A DNA stretch of 64,000 bases from Lentimicrobiaceae bacterium (GCA_018001695.1 JAGNHN010000013.1:218-64217), one strand, 5' to 3'; shown: positions 36,926-47,295, counted from the first letter of the stretch. Program-made: numbers and translations. The notes: generated by a model not told the origin, from the sequence alone.

Positions 36926-37945
36926 ATGGAAAACATTGAATGGGGAAAGTTGCCTTTCGGTTACTTTAAAACGGATTATAATGTCCGTTGTTACTACCGG
37001 AACGGGTCATGGGGAGAGCTGGAAGTTTCTTCTTCAGAACACATTAACATCCATATGGCAGCCACGTGCCTGCATTATGGTCAGGAAGCGTTTGAGGGAA
37101 TGAAGGCTTTCCGGGATAAAGAGGGCAAAATCAGGCTCTTCCGCTGGGAAGAAAATGCAGCCCGCATGCAAACTTCAGCCAGAGGCATCATGATGGCTGA
37201 GGTACCAATTGAAGTGTTCCGCGATGCTGTTCTGAAAGTTGTTAAACTCAATGCCCGCTTTGTGCCACCTCATGGCTCAGGTGCCAGCCTGTACATCAGG
37301 CCTTTGCTCATCGGAACAGGCCCTAAAGTTGGCGTTATGCCTGCCGATGAATACCTGTTCATGGTCTTTGTTGGCCCGGTAGGTCCTTATTTTAAAGAGG
37401 GCTTTAACCCGGTGAAAATCCAGATTGCCAGAGACTATGACCGTGCAGCTCCCCTTGGAACAGGTCATATCAAGGTTGGGGGCAATTATGCCGCCAGTCT
37501 GCGTGCCGGACAACGTGCTAAAAAAGATGGCTTTGCAGACGTATTGTACCTGGATGCCAAGGAAAAACTATACATCGATGAGGCCGGTCCAGCCAACTTC
37601 TTCGGAATCAAAGGCAATACCTATATCACACCCGCCTCAGCATCTGTGCTTCCTTCCATCACCAATAAAAGCCTGATGAAGCTGGCCGAAGATATGGGCA
37701 TGGTCGTTGAACGCCGCCATATCTATGTGGATGAACTGAAAGATTTCGATGAAGTCGGCGCCTGTGGAACGGCAGCAGTGATTTCACCCATTAGGGAGAT
37801 CAACGACAGGGAAAGCGGGGAGAGCTTCTACTATTGTCCGGATGGTAAAGCAGGCCCGATTTCTACCAAACTTTACAAGAAATTGCAGGGAATACAATAC
37901 GGGGATGAACCGGATCCTTATGGTTGGATTACCATTCTGGATTAA
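36926..37945 (+). CDS. ilvE: Branched-chain amino acid aminotransferase
   Basis: 'LHYGQEAFEGMKAF', 'YIRPL..G', 'GNYAASL', 'GACGTAAVISPI'. ATG at 36926; the track start at 36872 is TTG. Confidence 0.9.
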   Translation: MENIEWGKLPFGYFKTDYNVRCYYRNGSWGELEVSSSEHINIHMAATCLHYGQEAFEGMKAFRDKEGKIRLFRWEENAARMQTSARGIMMAEVPIEVFRDAVLKVVKLNARFVPPHGSGASLYIRPLLIGTGPKVGVMPADEYLFMVFVGPVGPYFKEGFNPVKIQIARDYDRAAPLGTGHIKVGGNYAASLRAGQRAKKDGFADVLYLDAKEKLYIDEAGPANFFGIKGNTYITPASASVLPSITNKSLMKLAEDMGMVVERRHIYVDELKDFDEVGACGTAAVISPIREINDRESGESFYYCPDGKAGPISTKLYKKLQGIQYGDEPDPYGWITILD

Positions 37946-37960
37946 GGAGAGAAACGAAAA

Positions 37961-37992
37961 AGCCCCGGAAAACAACACGGGGCTTTTTTTTT
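37961..37992. terminator. Bidirectional rho-independent terminator between convergent ilvE and pyrF
   Basis: Stem AGCCCCG/CGGGGCT with a 10-nt loop, an A-run on the 5' side and a T-run of 8 on the 3' side. Confidence 0.8.
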
Positions 37993-37997
37993 ATGCT

Positions 37998-38822
37998 TTA
38001 TCGTAAAGGCAGCATGGCGGCCATCTCAGCCTGCATCTTCCTGGCTTCCTCCCTGGCGGCCTCTTCATAATCCTGACCATCGGAAGCATACAATATGCTG
38101 CGAGAAGCATTGACAATCAATCCGCAATCCTTGTTCATGCCATAACGGGCAACATCCTCCAGACTTCCGCCCTGTGCGCCAATGCCCGGTACCAGCAGGA
38201 AGTGATCGGGAACAATCCTTCTGATGCCGAGGAACTTTTCGGCCTTGGTGGCGCCGGCAACGAACATGATATTGCCTTCATGTCCCCAGCTGGCCGCTTT
38301 CTCAAGAACGCGTTCATACAGCAACACTCCGTCTTCCTGGCCGGCCAGTAACTGAAAATCAGCAGCACCTTTGTTGCTCGTCAGGGCCAGTACGATGGCC
38401 CATTTCCCTGTATACGCCAGAAAAGGCTGGATTGCATCCTCACCCATATAGGGCGATAAGGTGACAGCATCGGCATTCAGATGCTGGAAAATGGCCTGGG
38501 CATACTGCGAGGCTGTATTTCCGATATCCCCTCTCTTCGCGTCGGCGATGACAAATGGCTTGGGATTCAAATTGTTAAGATATTGGATGGTCTTCTCCAG
38601 ACTTTTCCATCCGGCAGCGCCCCGGCTCTCATAAAACGCGGTATTAGGCTTGTAAGCAACGGCATATTCAAGGGTCGCATCGATGATCCGCTTGTTAAAT
38701 TCGAATACAGGATCCTCATAATGAGTCAGATGTGCGGGAATCTTCCCGGCATCGGTATCCAAACCAACGCATAAAAAGGATTTCTTTTTAAAAATCTGTT
38801 CGATGAGCTCCTGTCGATGCAT
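37998..38822 (-). CDS. pyrF: Orotidine 5'-phosphate decarboxylase (type 2)
   Basis: 'SFLCVGLDTD' and 'VIADAKRGDIGNT' motifs. ATG at 38822; the track N-terminal extension overlaps prfA and is unlikely. Confidence 0.85.
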   Translation of the reverse strand: MHRQELIEQIFKKKSFLCVGLDTDAGKIPAHLTHYEDPVFEFNKRIIDATLEYAVAYKPNTAFYESRGAAGWKSLEKTIQYLNNLNPKPFVIADAKRGDIGNTASQYAQAIFQHLNADAVTLSPYMGEDAIQPFLAYTGKWAIVLALTSNKGAADFQLLAGQEDGVLLYERVLEKAASWGHEGNIMFVAGATKAEKFLGIRRIVPDHFLLVPGIGAQGGSLEDVARYGMNKDCGLIVNASRSILYASDGQDYEEAAREEARKMQAEMAAMLPLR

Positions 38823-38841
38823 AAAAGCGGAGATTGATGGA

Positions 38842-39927
38842 TTAAGCAATGGATTCGCTGCTGACGGCTGCTTTGAGTTTCTCGGTGTTTTCAGCCACCT
38901 GTAAGGCTTCGATGATGGGTTGGATATCCCCATCGATGATGGATTGCAAATTATATAATGTGAGCCCGATGCGATGGTCTGTCACACGGCCTTGAGGCCA
39001 GTTGTACGTTCTGATCTTGGCCGAGCGGTCGCCCGTCGAAACCATGGTCTTGCGCTTGGATGCGATATCATCCAGGTACTTCTGGTACTCCATCTCAAAG
39101 ATGCGGGTACGCAATACCTTCATGGCTTTTTCCAGGTTCTTGACCTGAGATTTCTCATCCTGGCAGGTGGCTACGATGCCTGTCGGGATATGGGTCAGCC
39201 TGATAGCAGAATAGGTCGTATTCACCGATTGCCCACCCGGACCGGATGAACAGAAGATATCCTTGCGGATATCGGACTGCTTTAGTTCAATGTCTACCTC
39301 ATCGGCTTCAGGGAGTACCACGACCGAAGCGGCAGAGGTGTGAATGCGACCCTGGGTCTCTGTCTGGGGCACCCGCTGCACGCGGTGGACACCGCTCTCG
39401 TATTTCAACAGCCCATATGCCCCATCGCCGATGACATCAGCGATGATTTCCTTGTAGCCTCCAACGGTACCTTCAGTATAATCCACCAGTTCCAGCTTCC
39501 AACCCCGGATTTCAGCATATTTGCTGTACATACGAAACAGATCACCGGCAAAAATACTGGCCTCGTCGCCCCCTGTTCCTGCCCTGATCTCAATGATGGC
39601 ATTCTTACCATCCTGTGGATCCTTGGGGATCAACAACAAACGGATGTCCTCCTCCAGGGTTTCTTTGCGGCGTGTAAGCGTATTCAGCTCCTCCTTGGCC
39701 ATTTCCCTGAATTCCTCATCTTTCTCATTATAAAGAACATGGCGGGCAGATTCCATGTTATTCATAATGTCTGCATATTCCAGGTAAGCATCCACGATGG
39801 GTTGCAAATCCTTGTAATCTTTATTGAGTTTGATGAAACGTTTCATATCCGACATGGTGGCCGGATCGTTCATCTCTTTCTCTATTTCCTGATAGCGTTG
39901 GTATATCGCCCCCAGCTTTTCCAGCAT
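38842..39927 (-). CDS. prfA: Peptide chain release factor 1
   Basis: '[11 protein letters not shown]' (GGQ), '[14 protein letters not shown]' (PxT region), 361 aa. Confidence 0.95.
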   Translation of the reverse strand: MLEKLGAIYQRYQEIEKEMNDPATMSDMKRFIKLNKDYKDLQPIVDAYLEYADIMNNMESARHVLYNEKDEEFREMAKEELNTLTRRKETLEEDIRLLLIPKDPQDGKNAIIEIRAGTGGDEASIFAGDLFRMYSKYAEIRGWKLELVDYTEGTVGGYKEIIADVIGDGAYGLLKYESGVHRVQRVPQTETQGRIHTSAASVVVLPEADEVDIELKQSDIRKDIFCSSGPGGQSVNTTYSAIRLTHIPTGIVATCQDEKSQVKNLEKAMKVLRTRIFEMEYQKYLDDIASKRKTMVSTGDRSAKIRTYNWPQGRVTDHRIGLTLYNLQSIIDGDIQPIIEALQVAENTEKLKAAVSSESIA

Positions 39928-39946
39928 AAAATTTCATTTTGGCCTG

Positions 39947-39954
39947 CAAAGGTA
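39947..39954 (-). promoter_or_regulatory. Bacteroidota -7 promoter box (TACCTTTG) for prfA-pyrF
   Basis: The plus strand reads CAAAGGTA, 19 nt upstream of the prfA ATG. Confidence 0.55.
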
Positions 39955-39966
39955 CAACTTAGCAGC

Positions 39967-41139
39967 TCATGAATGATAGGTGTACGTTCCCCTGTCATCA
40001 GTGATCGTCAGGCGGGACTCAGGTGAGGACACACATCTTCCTATGACCCTGGCCTCAACCCCAAAACCGGCGGCAATATCCATGATGGGTCTTGCCAGGG
40101 TCTCATCCACATAGATTTCCATCCGGTGCCCCATATTGAAGACCTTGTACATCTCCTCCCTGCTGGTCCCTGATTCTGTTTCGATTAACTCAAAAACTGG
40201 TGGGGTTGGGAAGAGGTTGTCTTTAATGAGATGGATGCCCGGCGCGAAGCGCATGGCCTTGGTCTGGCCACCTCCGCTGCAATGAACCAGCCCATGGATG
40301 TCTGACCGGAATTGGTTCAACACCTCCCGCATCACTGGTGCATAGGTCCGCGTGGGCGACAGCAGCAACCTGCCAATCTCCATGTCCCTGTAAAGATCTT
40401 CGAGCCTTCTTGATCCTGAGTAAACCAGGTCTGAAGGGATTGCAGTGTCATAAGACTCTGGATACAATGCTGCGTAATGACCGGAAAGGACATCGTGCCG
40501 GGCCGAGGTTAAGCCGTTACTGCCTATACCGGAATTATAATCCCGTTCATAACTTGCCTGGCCGAAGGATGCGAATCCCACGATCACATCTCTTTCCCTG
40601 ATACCATTGTTGCGGATCACATCCGCGCGACGGATACGCGCATAAACCGTGGAATCTACGATGATGGTGCGCACCAGATCCCCGACATCTGCGGTTTCTC
40701 CGCCTGTGCTCCACATTCCGATACCATGTGCACGCATCTCTTCAAGAAAGGATTCAGTGCCTTCAATGATAGCACTGATCACCTCTCCAGGGATGAGATG
40801 ACGGTTGCGTCCGATGGTGGAAGACAGGTAGATACCATCGGTCACACCGACACAGAGCAGGTCATCCAGGTTCATCACGATGGCATCCTGGGCAATGCCT
40901 TTCCAAACACTGATATCACCGGTTTCTTTCCAGTAGAGATAGGCCAGAGATGACTTGGTACCGGCACCATCTGCATGCATCACGCTGGCATAAGCCGGAT
41001 CCCCAGAGGCCAGGTCGGCAACTACTTTGCAAAAGGATCCGGGAAACAATCCGGTATCAGTGGCGCGGATCGCCTGGTGCACATCCTCTTTGGACGAAGA
41101 GACCCCTCGGCGGGCGTAACGGGATGCATCTTGGGTCAT
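39967..41139 (-). CDS. AIR synthase-related (PurM-like) protein
   Basis: 'RYARRGVSSSKEDVHQAI' N-terminus and a PurM-fold 'DGAGTK' block. The track N-terminal extension was removed (ATG at 41139). Confidence 0.7.
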   Translation of the reverse strand: MTQDASRYARRGVSSSKEDVHQAIRATDTGLFPGSFCKVVADLASGDPAYASVMHADGAGTKSSLAYLYWKETGDISVWKGIAQDAIVMNLDDLLCVGVTDGIYLSSTIGRNRHLIPGEVISAIIEGTESFLEEMRAHGIGMWSTGGETADVGDLVRTIIVDSTVYARIRRADVIRNNGIRERDVIVGFASFGQASYERDYNSGIGSNGLTSARHDVLSGHYAALYPESYDTAIPSDLVYSGSRRLEDLYRDMEIGRLLLSPTRTYAPVMREVLNQFRSDIHGLVHCSGGGQTKAMRFAPGIHLIKDNLFPTPPVFELIETESGTSREEMYKVFNMGHRMEIYVDETLARPIMDIAAGFGVEARVIGRCVSSPESRLTITDDRGTYTYHS

Positions 41140-41214
41140 AATCAGGGTATTGCTAAAACAAAAGAGCATCCCGGTCATGGCCCGGAACGCTCTCCTGTTG
41201 ATCATCTATACATC

Positions 41215-43677
41215 TTATTTAAAGATCAGCTGGTTCTTCTCCTTGTCGATGGTATAACTGCCAAAGCGCTCCAGAATGGTCTTGCCTGCCGTAACCGGGT
41301 AAGCAAGTTTATGGACAACTGTTGCTTCCAGGTTCGTAACGGTATTATCACCGATCCTGAGTGCCTTCACCTTGAAGCGTGCCTGGTCTGCGATCGTACC
41401 ACCGGCCAGTGCAGTGATAACATCCCCCAGGAAATCGTCCTTGCTGATAGCGCCATCCAACAGCAACTTCAGTGCAAACTCCAGGGATACATTCAGGGTG
41501 GTCGTCTTCTCATCAAAGTAGAAGTCGTTCCTGTAGTTGTTCAGGATACATGTGGCGGTGAAGCTGCCATCCTGCGTGGCGGTGATGGGTACCACATTTT
41601 CTCCTGGATTGAGAACGATATTGATAAACTGTTCGGCACTGTCCAGCGCTGGCAAAGGTGTAGGTACAAAGTCTTTACTGAGTACCCTGAACTCCGTACG
41701 GCGGTTTAGCTGATGCGCAGCCTCCTTGATGGGTGTGGAAGGCAGTGAATTGATATAACTCTCTGTCAGCACTGTACCAGCCGGGAAAGTATAATTACTG
41801 CGTGTAAGCTCTTTTTCAATGGTGCGTGGAACGCGCTCACCATAACCTTTGGCAACGAGTCTGCCTGGATGAATACCGCGTAAGATCAGGTAATCGACGA
41901 CACTTTGGGCACGGCGCTGCGACAGGATATCATTGCGCTCGTCGGTGTCACGGGCATCCGTATGTGAAGCAAGCTCGATGATCAGCGTCGGATTGGCCTC
42001 AAGGATCTGGATCAGTCCGATCAACGAATCCTGATACTGTGGTTTGAGGTCCCACTTTGCCAGATCATAGAGGATCTCCGGCAATACAATGGGCTTTTCC
42101 GGAATAGGAACGAGGATAAAGTCGATGGTGAAGTCCTTGCTTTCCAATAGACCAACCGTCGTTTCTCTTGCTGAGGCTCCAAAATAATCCTTGCGGCTGA
42201 CATTCAGTTCATAAGAAGTGTGCTTCAGCACCTGTTTGTTGTCAAAAGAATAATAACCCCTTGAGTCTGTGAGGGCCTCCACTGAAGTGCCATCCGTTCC
42301 GGTGAGGACGATTTTGGCTCCTTCGATGAACTGCAGTGTCCTGTCATCCCTGACACGGCCTGCAATGGTGAAAAGCAGCGGCCTTTCATAGAAACTGTAT
42401 ATGTCATCCCCGCCACGGCTATCGCTACGGTTCGAGGTAAGGAAACCCTTTTCCTCGTTTTCATAGAATACCATATGGAAGTCATCCCCGTTGGAATTCA
42501 CCGGAGACTTCATATTCACCGGTGTTCCCCAGGTATCGCCCACTTTGACGACCCGGAAGATATCCAGGCCACCCATTCCCGGATGGCCATTGGAAGCAAA
42601 ATAAAGGACAGTATCCGAGCGCAGGGTGGGGAACATATCATCACCCATACTGTTCACTTTGGGACCCAGGTTTTTAGGTTTGCCAAAAGCGCGGCTTTTG
42701 CGGTCACGGGTTACGACATAAAGATCCTTGCCACCGAATCCGCCCGGCAGGTCTGCGGCAAAATACATCGTCAGCTCGTCTTCACTTACTGCCGGATGCC
42801 CGTATGTAACGGTACTGTCAATATCAATGGCCGTCAGTTTGGGTTCATCCCATCCCCTTCCTTTTCGTCTTGTTTCGTAAATCTGGCAACCCATGACGCG
42901 TTTTCGGTCAAAGCCACAACGGGTGAAATACAAGACATTGAAATTTCCTGAAAAAGTTCCTGCGCCTTCATTGGCTTCTGAGTTCACGATGGCTTCCTGA
43001 TCCAGCAGGGTAGGAGCACTCCAGTCACCTTTACGATCTTGCTGAGAGTAATATAAGTCGCTGAAATTCTGACCCGTCCAGTCATCAATGCGAGATCCGG
43101 TACTCCCTTCACGTGAGCTGGTGAATATCAGTGAGCGGTACTTTTTGTCAGCAAATGAAGGAGCAAAATCATCACTGCGTGAGTTGAATTTCTTTTCATT
43201 GGTAACCACATAACGCGTGGGATTTTCTTTCCATTTGACGGCCAATTCACTGGACTCTACCCCGATTGGCCCGCGCGGATCGTTGGGTGCGAGCTCAGCA
43301 TAGGCCTGGTACTGGTCCTTGGCTTGCGCATAATTCTCCAGCAATTTTAACATGTCGGCATGATAGAGCAACGTCAAAGGATTGGTCTTTTGATAGTTGA
43401 TCCTCAACAGCCGCTTGTATTGGGATTCAGCTCTTTTGGGATTGTTCGTCAAACGGTAACATTCAGCAATCTGAAACAGAATGCGCTTCTTTTCAGCCTG
43501 GTTGCTCTTGACCTTGGAATACGCTTTCTTGTATTTGTCAATAGCGGTGAAATACTGCTGATTATTGAAGGCTTCATCAGCCTCCTGGGTAAAATTCCTT
43601 TTCTGTTGCGCCATTGCGCCGGTGGATACCACGCAAATCGCAACGAACAGCGGAATAAGATACCGGTATATTTTCAT
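41215..43677 (-). CDS. OmpA-family protein: signal peptide, TPR, TolB-like beta-propeller, CarboxypepD_reg-like domain, OmpA domain, plus an extra roughly 150-aa C-terminal domain
   Basis: OmpA block 'ASHTDARDTDERNDILSQRRAQSVVDYL...NRRTEFRVL', with TPR-like helices at the N-terminus. ATG at 43677 (MKIYRYLIPLF...). Confidence 0.85.
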   Translation of the reverse strand: MKIYRYLIPLFVAICVVSTGAMAQQKRNFTQEADEAFNNQQYFTAIDKYKKAYSKVKSNQAEKKRILFQIAECYRLTNNPKRAESQYKRLLRINYQKTNPLTLLYHADMLKLLENYAQAKDQYQAYAELAPNDPRGPIGVESSELAVKWKENPTRYVVTNEKKFNSRSDDFAPSFADKKYRSLIFTSSREGSTGSRIDDWTGQNFSDLYYSQQDRKGDWSAPTLLDQEAIVNSEANEGAGTFSGNFNVLYFTRCGFDRKRVMGCQIYETRRKGRGWDEPKLTAIDIDSTVTYGHPAVSEDELTMYFAADLPGGFGGKDLYVVTRDRKSRAFGKPKNLGPKVNSMGDDMFPTLRSDTVLYFASNGHPGMGGLDIFRVVKVGDTWGTPVNMKSPVNSNGDDFHMVFYENEEKGFLTSNRSDSRGGDDIYSFYERPLLFTIAGRVRDDRTLQFIEGAKIVLTGTDGTSVEALTDSRGYYSFDNKQVLKHTSYELNVSRKDYFGASARETTVGLLESKDFTIDFILVPIPEKPIVLPEILYDLAKWDLKPQYQDSLIGLIQILEANPTLIIELASHTDARDTDERNDILSQRRAQSVVDYLILRGIHPGRLVAKGYGERVPRTIEKELTRSNYTFPAGTVLTESYINSLPSTPIKEAAHQLNRRTEFRVLSKDFVPTPLPALDSAEQFINIVLNPGENVVPITATQDGSFTATCILNNYRNDFYFDEKTTTLNVSLEFALKLLLDGAISKDDFLGDVITALAGGTIADQARFKVKALRIGDNTVTNLEATVVHKLAYPVTAGKTILERFGSYTIDKEKNQLIFK

Positions 43678-43747
43678 AGGGCTGTAATTATGCGCTGCCA
43701 AACTTGTTAGCTCGCTAAATTAAAGAAATAATCCGTATTGCGAAAAC

Positions 43748-43993
43748 TCATTCTTCTTTCTCCTCTTTTTTGTCCGGTTCCTTAAAGGGATCCATCTCAT
43801 CCTGGAAGCGTCTTCCTTCCTGTCTGATCTCATTGCGGATTTCTCCGGTAACGCGCTTGATCTCGTTCATCCCCTTACCAAACATCCGCGCCATTTCCGG
43901 AATTTTCCTGGGCCCGAAAATGAGAAGAATGGCCAGAACGATGATGATCAGCTCTCCACTGCTGATGTCCAGAAACAAGGGTAGTAGTCTCAT
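43748..43993 (-). CDS. tatA: Twin-arginine translocase TatA/E family protein
   Basis: 'ELIIIVLAILLIFGPRKIPEMARMFGKGMNEIK' is the TatA TM plus amphipathic helix. Confidence 0.85.
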   Translation of the reverse strand: MRLLPLFLDISSGELIIIVLAILLIFGPRKIPEMARMFGKGMNEIKRVTGEIRNEIRQEGRRFQDEMDPFKEPDKKEEKEE

Positions 43994-44008
43994 GATCGGG
44001 CCTTTGCG

Positions 44009-44016
44009 CAAAGGTA
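44009..44016 (-). promoter_or_regulatory. Bacteroidota -7 promoter box (TACCTTTG) for tatA, embedded in the 14-bp palindrome 44001..44014
   Basis: The plus strand reads CAAAGGTA, 15 nt upstream of the ATG at 43993. CCTTTGCGCAAAGG is a perfect palindrome. Confidence 0.5.
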
Positions 44017-44042
44017 ATAATTTGATAGCCGTCGTCGGATAT

Positions 44043-44076
44043 AAAAAAAACAGTGGACCACCTGGTCCACTGTTTT
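44043..44076 (-). terminator. Rho-independent terminator after secDF
   Basis: 12-bp perfect stem AACAGTGGACCA/TGGTCCACTGTT (44049..44060 / 44063..44074). On the minus strand it is followed by T8. Confidence 0.85.
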
Positions 44077-44098
44077 GATATAATGTTGAGAAGCAATG

Positions 44099-47000
44099 CT
44101 ATGCCTGCACTTTGGCAGCTTTGCGTTCTCTTCTGGCCTTGGCACTCATGATCAGATCATAGGCAATAGGACTGGCAGTGAAGACCGAAGAATATGTACC
44201 AATGATGATACCAAACAAGAGCGCGAAAGTGAAACCTCGAATGATTTCGCCACCGAACAGGAAGATCATCAGCAATACCAGAATCGTTGTGCCGGAAGTG
44301 TTAAAGGTACGCCCCAGGGTACGGTTCAGCGACATATTTATGGTATCCTTCAAATCCTTTTTCGGATGGAGGAAAATATTCTCACGGATACGGTCGAAAA
44401 TGATAACGGTATCATTAATGGAATAACCGATGAGGGTAAGGATGGCCGCGATAAACGCCTGGTCGATCTCCATGTTGAATGGTAAAATATTGTAGAACAT
44501 CGAGAACAACGAAATAGTGATCAGGGTGTCATGGAACAGAGCAATAACCCCCCCCAGACCAAATTGCCACCGCTTGAACCTGACAGCGATATACAAGAAA
44601 ATGACGATCAGTGAGAAGAAGATGGCAAGCACGGCATTGCGCTTGATGTCATGGGCTATGGTTGGCCCAACCTTCTGGGAACTCAGAATTCCTAGCAAAC
44701 GGGTTTCCTCGTCGGCTGTCGTTACAAAGTCCTCCATGCTCATGGGCCTTCCGTAAAATGTCTGCAGGGCATTGAACAGCTTGCCGGAAATCAGGCTGTC
44801 TACTTCCAGGCCTTCCTCTTCAATCTTGTATTTGGTCACGACCTTGATCTGTGTGGTAGGCCCAAAGGTCTTGGCCTCTACCACCTCTCCAAACTCTGTT
44901 TTCAGGGCATCTCTGACTTCATTCAGGCTTTCAATGGGTTGGTCAAAGCGAACGATGTAAGTACGTCCACCGGAAAAATCAATACCCATATTCAAGCCGC
45001 GGACAGCAAGTGAAACGATACCCAGGACGATGATGGCAGCTGATAACATATAGGCCTTTTTCCTCATGCTCACGAAGTCGAAATTAACCTTGGTAAAGGC
45101 GTCACGGGTGATATTGTTATCAAACAGGAGGGGCTTGTTGCGGCTCATCATCCATTCGAAAATGACCCTGGAAATAAAGATCGCGGTAAACAGGGAGGAG
45201 AGGATACCGATGATCAGTGTTGTGGCGAAACCTTGCACCGGACCTGTTCCAAAGGTGTAGAGCACGATACCGGTGAGCAGGGTGGTTACGTTACCGTCGA
45301 TGATGGCGGAATAGGCATTTTTATAACCATCTGCGATGGCCAGCCTGATACCCTTACCGGCCCTTACCTCTTCAAGAATACGTTCATAGATAATCACGTT
45401 GGCGTCGACAGCCATACCCAGCGTAAGGACGATACCTGCAATACCCGGCAAGGTCAGTACCGCTCCCAGGGATGCAAGTACGCCAAAAATGAAGAAGATA
45501 TTGGTGATCAGCGCAAGGTCAGCTACCCATCCACCGCGGTTGTAATAGAAAATCATATAAATCAGCACAAGGACGAAGGCGATCAGGAAAGAGCGCAAGC
45601 CCTGTGTGATGGATTCCTTACCCAGTGATGGTCCCACAACTTCTTCCTGTATGATTCTGGCAGGAGCTGGCAGCTTACCGGCCTTCAGGATGTTGGCAAG
45701 GTCCTTGGCTTCCTCAACGCTGAAGTTGCCCGTGATCGAAGAACGTCCGTTCGGGATTTCATCGTTGACAGTTGGGAAGGAATACACGAATCCATCCAGC
45801 ACGATGGCGACGGATTTGCCAATGTTGTCAGCCGTAAGCCGCTTCCAAATCCTGGCTCCTTCAGAGTTCATCGTCATGCTGATTTCCACCTGTCCGTTCG
45901 GACTGTAATCCTGGCGGGCATCCACAATGGCATCCCCCATCAAAGGAGCAGATCCGTCGCGGGAAGTAACCCTTAGCGCAATCAATTGCAGGATATCAGG
46001 CTGTTCCTTGCTGGGCTTCACGGTCCAGGCCAGTTTCAGATCACGCGGAAATACCGTCTGAAGCGATTTGATATATGAGTTCACGGTAGAGGTGTCCTTG
46101 ATGGCGGCAAAACCTACCACAGGACCACGGCCGGCAAAAAACTGCCCTTGCTCATTCTGATAATAGGCCGGACTCAATACTGCAAAGAGCGGATTTTCTT
46201 TTGTCCATTCTTCCCGGCTCATCTCTTCGGCACTGGCAGCAGCAGCAGTATCACTCAGTTTATCAATGAGGGAACCCGCAGCGGTATCCGCCGGGGCTTC
46301 AGTGTTTTCAGCCAGGGTTTCTTCAACTACCTCAATGCTGTCAGCGGTGGCAACCAATGTGTCTCCTTCTGCAACTGCTTCTTCCTTGCCACGGTTCTTG
46401 AGAACATTAACCAGCTTGGTGTTGGCGTCGGTAAAATAGCTTTGTACTTCAGCAAAATCATAGGTTTCCCAGAACTCCAGGTTGGCCGTCCCCTGCAGCA
46501 GCTTGCGCACGCGTTCCGGTTCCTTGATCCCCGGCAATTCGATCAGCACACGGCCGCTCTGCTCCAAAGCCTGAATATTGGGCTGCGCTACCCCGAAACG
46601 GTCGATACGGGTGCGCAAAATGTTAACAGTGCGGTCGAAAGCACCGTCAGTTTCTTCACGCAGTACCGTGATCACCTCTTCATTGGTGGACTTCGGTGTT
46701 ACACGGTCCTTCAGCTCTATGGTCGCGAAGATGGCAGCCAGACGGGCGTTGGGATCAATTTCAGCAAAACTCTCTGCAAACAGGGTTACGAAATTCTTGT
46801 TGCTGGCCTTCTGTTTCTGCAAGGCCAGATCAATGGCCTTCGTAAAGGTGGGATCAGTGCTGTTGCCGGAAAGCGCCCGGATGATATCCACCACCGACAC
46901 CTCCATGGTGACGTTCATACCCCCCTTCAGGTCAAGGCCAAGGTTGATTTCCCGTTCCTTACACTCCTTGTAAGTGTATTTGCGTACCAGTATGTTGTAT

Positions 47001-47248
47001 ACGACCTGACCTGACATCGAATCGAGATAATAACGCTCTCTGGCCTTCGATAATGAATCAATCAGATACTGCATCTTCACCTCACTGCCACCCGCCATCT
47101 CTGTGGCCAGCTGATTGACAGACTCATGCTGGGCGTAATGCCGCGCTGACCGCTCCACCTGACGCGTCTTGAAACTAAAGGTCAGCTGGAACAAACATAC
47201 CAGGGCAAATGCAATGGCAAAAAACTTGATAACCCCTTTATTTTGCAT
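44099..47248 (-). CDS. secDF: Fused protein-export membrane protein SecDF
   Basis: SecD and SecF TM bundles ('GIAGIVLTLGMAVDANVIIYERI', 'IGYSINDTVIIFDRIRE'). ATG at 47248; the track start at 47290 is TTG. Confidence 0.95.
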   Translation of the reverse strand: MQNKGVIKFFAIAFALVCLFQLTFSFKTRQVERSARHYAQHESVNQLATEMAGGSEVKMQYLIDSLSKARERYYLDSMSGQVVYNILVRKYTYKECKEREINLGLDLKGGMNVTMEVSVVDIIRALSGNSTDPTFTKAIDLALQKQKASNKNFVTLFAESFAEIDPNARLAAIFATIELKDRVTPKSTNEEVITVLREETDGAFDRTVNILRTRIDRFGVAQPNIQALEQSGRVLIELPGIKEPERVRKLLQGTANLEFWETYDFAEVQSYFTDANTKLVNVLKNRGKEEAVAEGDTLVATADSIEVVEETLAENTEAPADTAAGSLIDKLSDTAAAASAEEMSREEWTKENPLFAVLSPAYYQNEQGQFFAGRGPVVGFAAIKDTSTVNSYIKSLQTVFPRDLKLAWTVKPSKEQPDILQLIALRVTSRDGSAPLMGDAIVDARQDYSPNGQVEISMTMNSEGARIWKRLTADNIGKSVAIVLDGFVYSFPTVNDEIPNGRSSITGNFSVEEAKDLANILKAGKLPAPARIIQEEVVGPSLGKESITQGLRSFLIAFVLVLIYMIFYYNRGGWVADLALITNIFFIFGVLASLGAVLTLPGIAGIVLTLGMAVDANVIIYERILEEVRAGKGIRLAIADGYKNAYSAIIDGNVTTLLTGIVLYTFGTGPVQGFATTLIIGILSSLFTAIFISRVIFEWMMSRNKPLLFDNNITRDAFTKVNFDFVSMRKKAYMLSAAIIVLGIVSLAVRGLNMGIDFSGGRTYIVRFDQPIESLNEVRDALKTEFGEVVEAKTFGPTTQIKVVTKYKIEEEGLEVDSLISGKLFNALQTFYGRPMSMEDFVTTADEETRLLGILSSQKVGPTIAHDIKRNAVLAIFFSLIVIFLYIAVRFKRWQFGLGGVIALFHDTLITISLFSMFYNILPFNMEIDQAFIAAILTLIGYSINDTVIIFDRIRENIFLHPKKDLKDTINMSLNRTLGRTFNTSGTTILVLLMIFLFGGEIIRGFTFALLFGIIIGTYSSVFTASPIAYDLIMSAKARRERKAAKVQA

Positions 47249-47287
47249 ACGTTTCGTATTTTGGCGTTGAGCTTTTTTTTGAGGCTG

Positions 47288-47295
47288 CAAATATA
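47288..47295 (-). promoter_or_regulatory. Bacteroidota -7 promoter box (TATATTTG) for secDF
   Basis: The plus strand reads CAAATATA, 39 nt upstream of the ATG at 47248. Confidence 0.5.
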
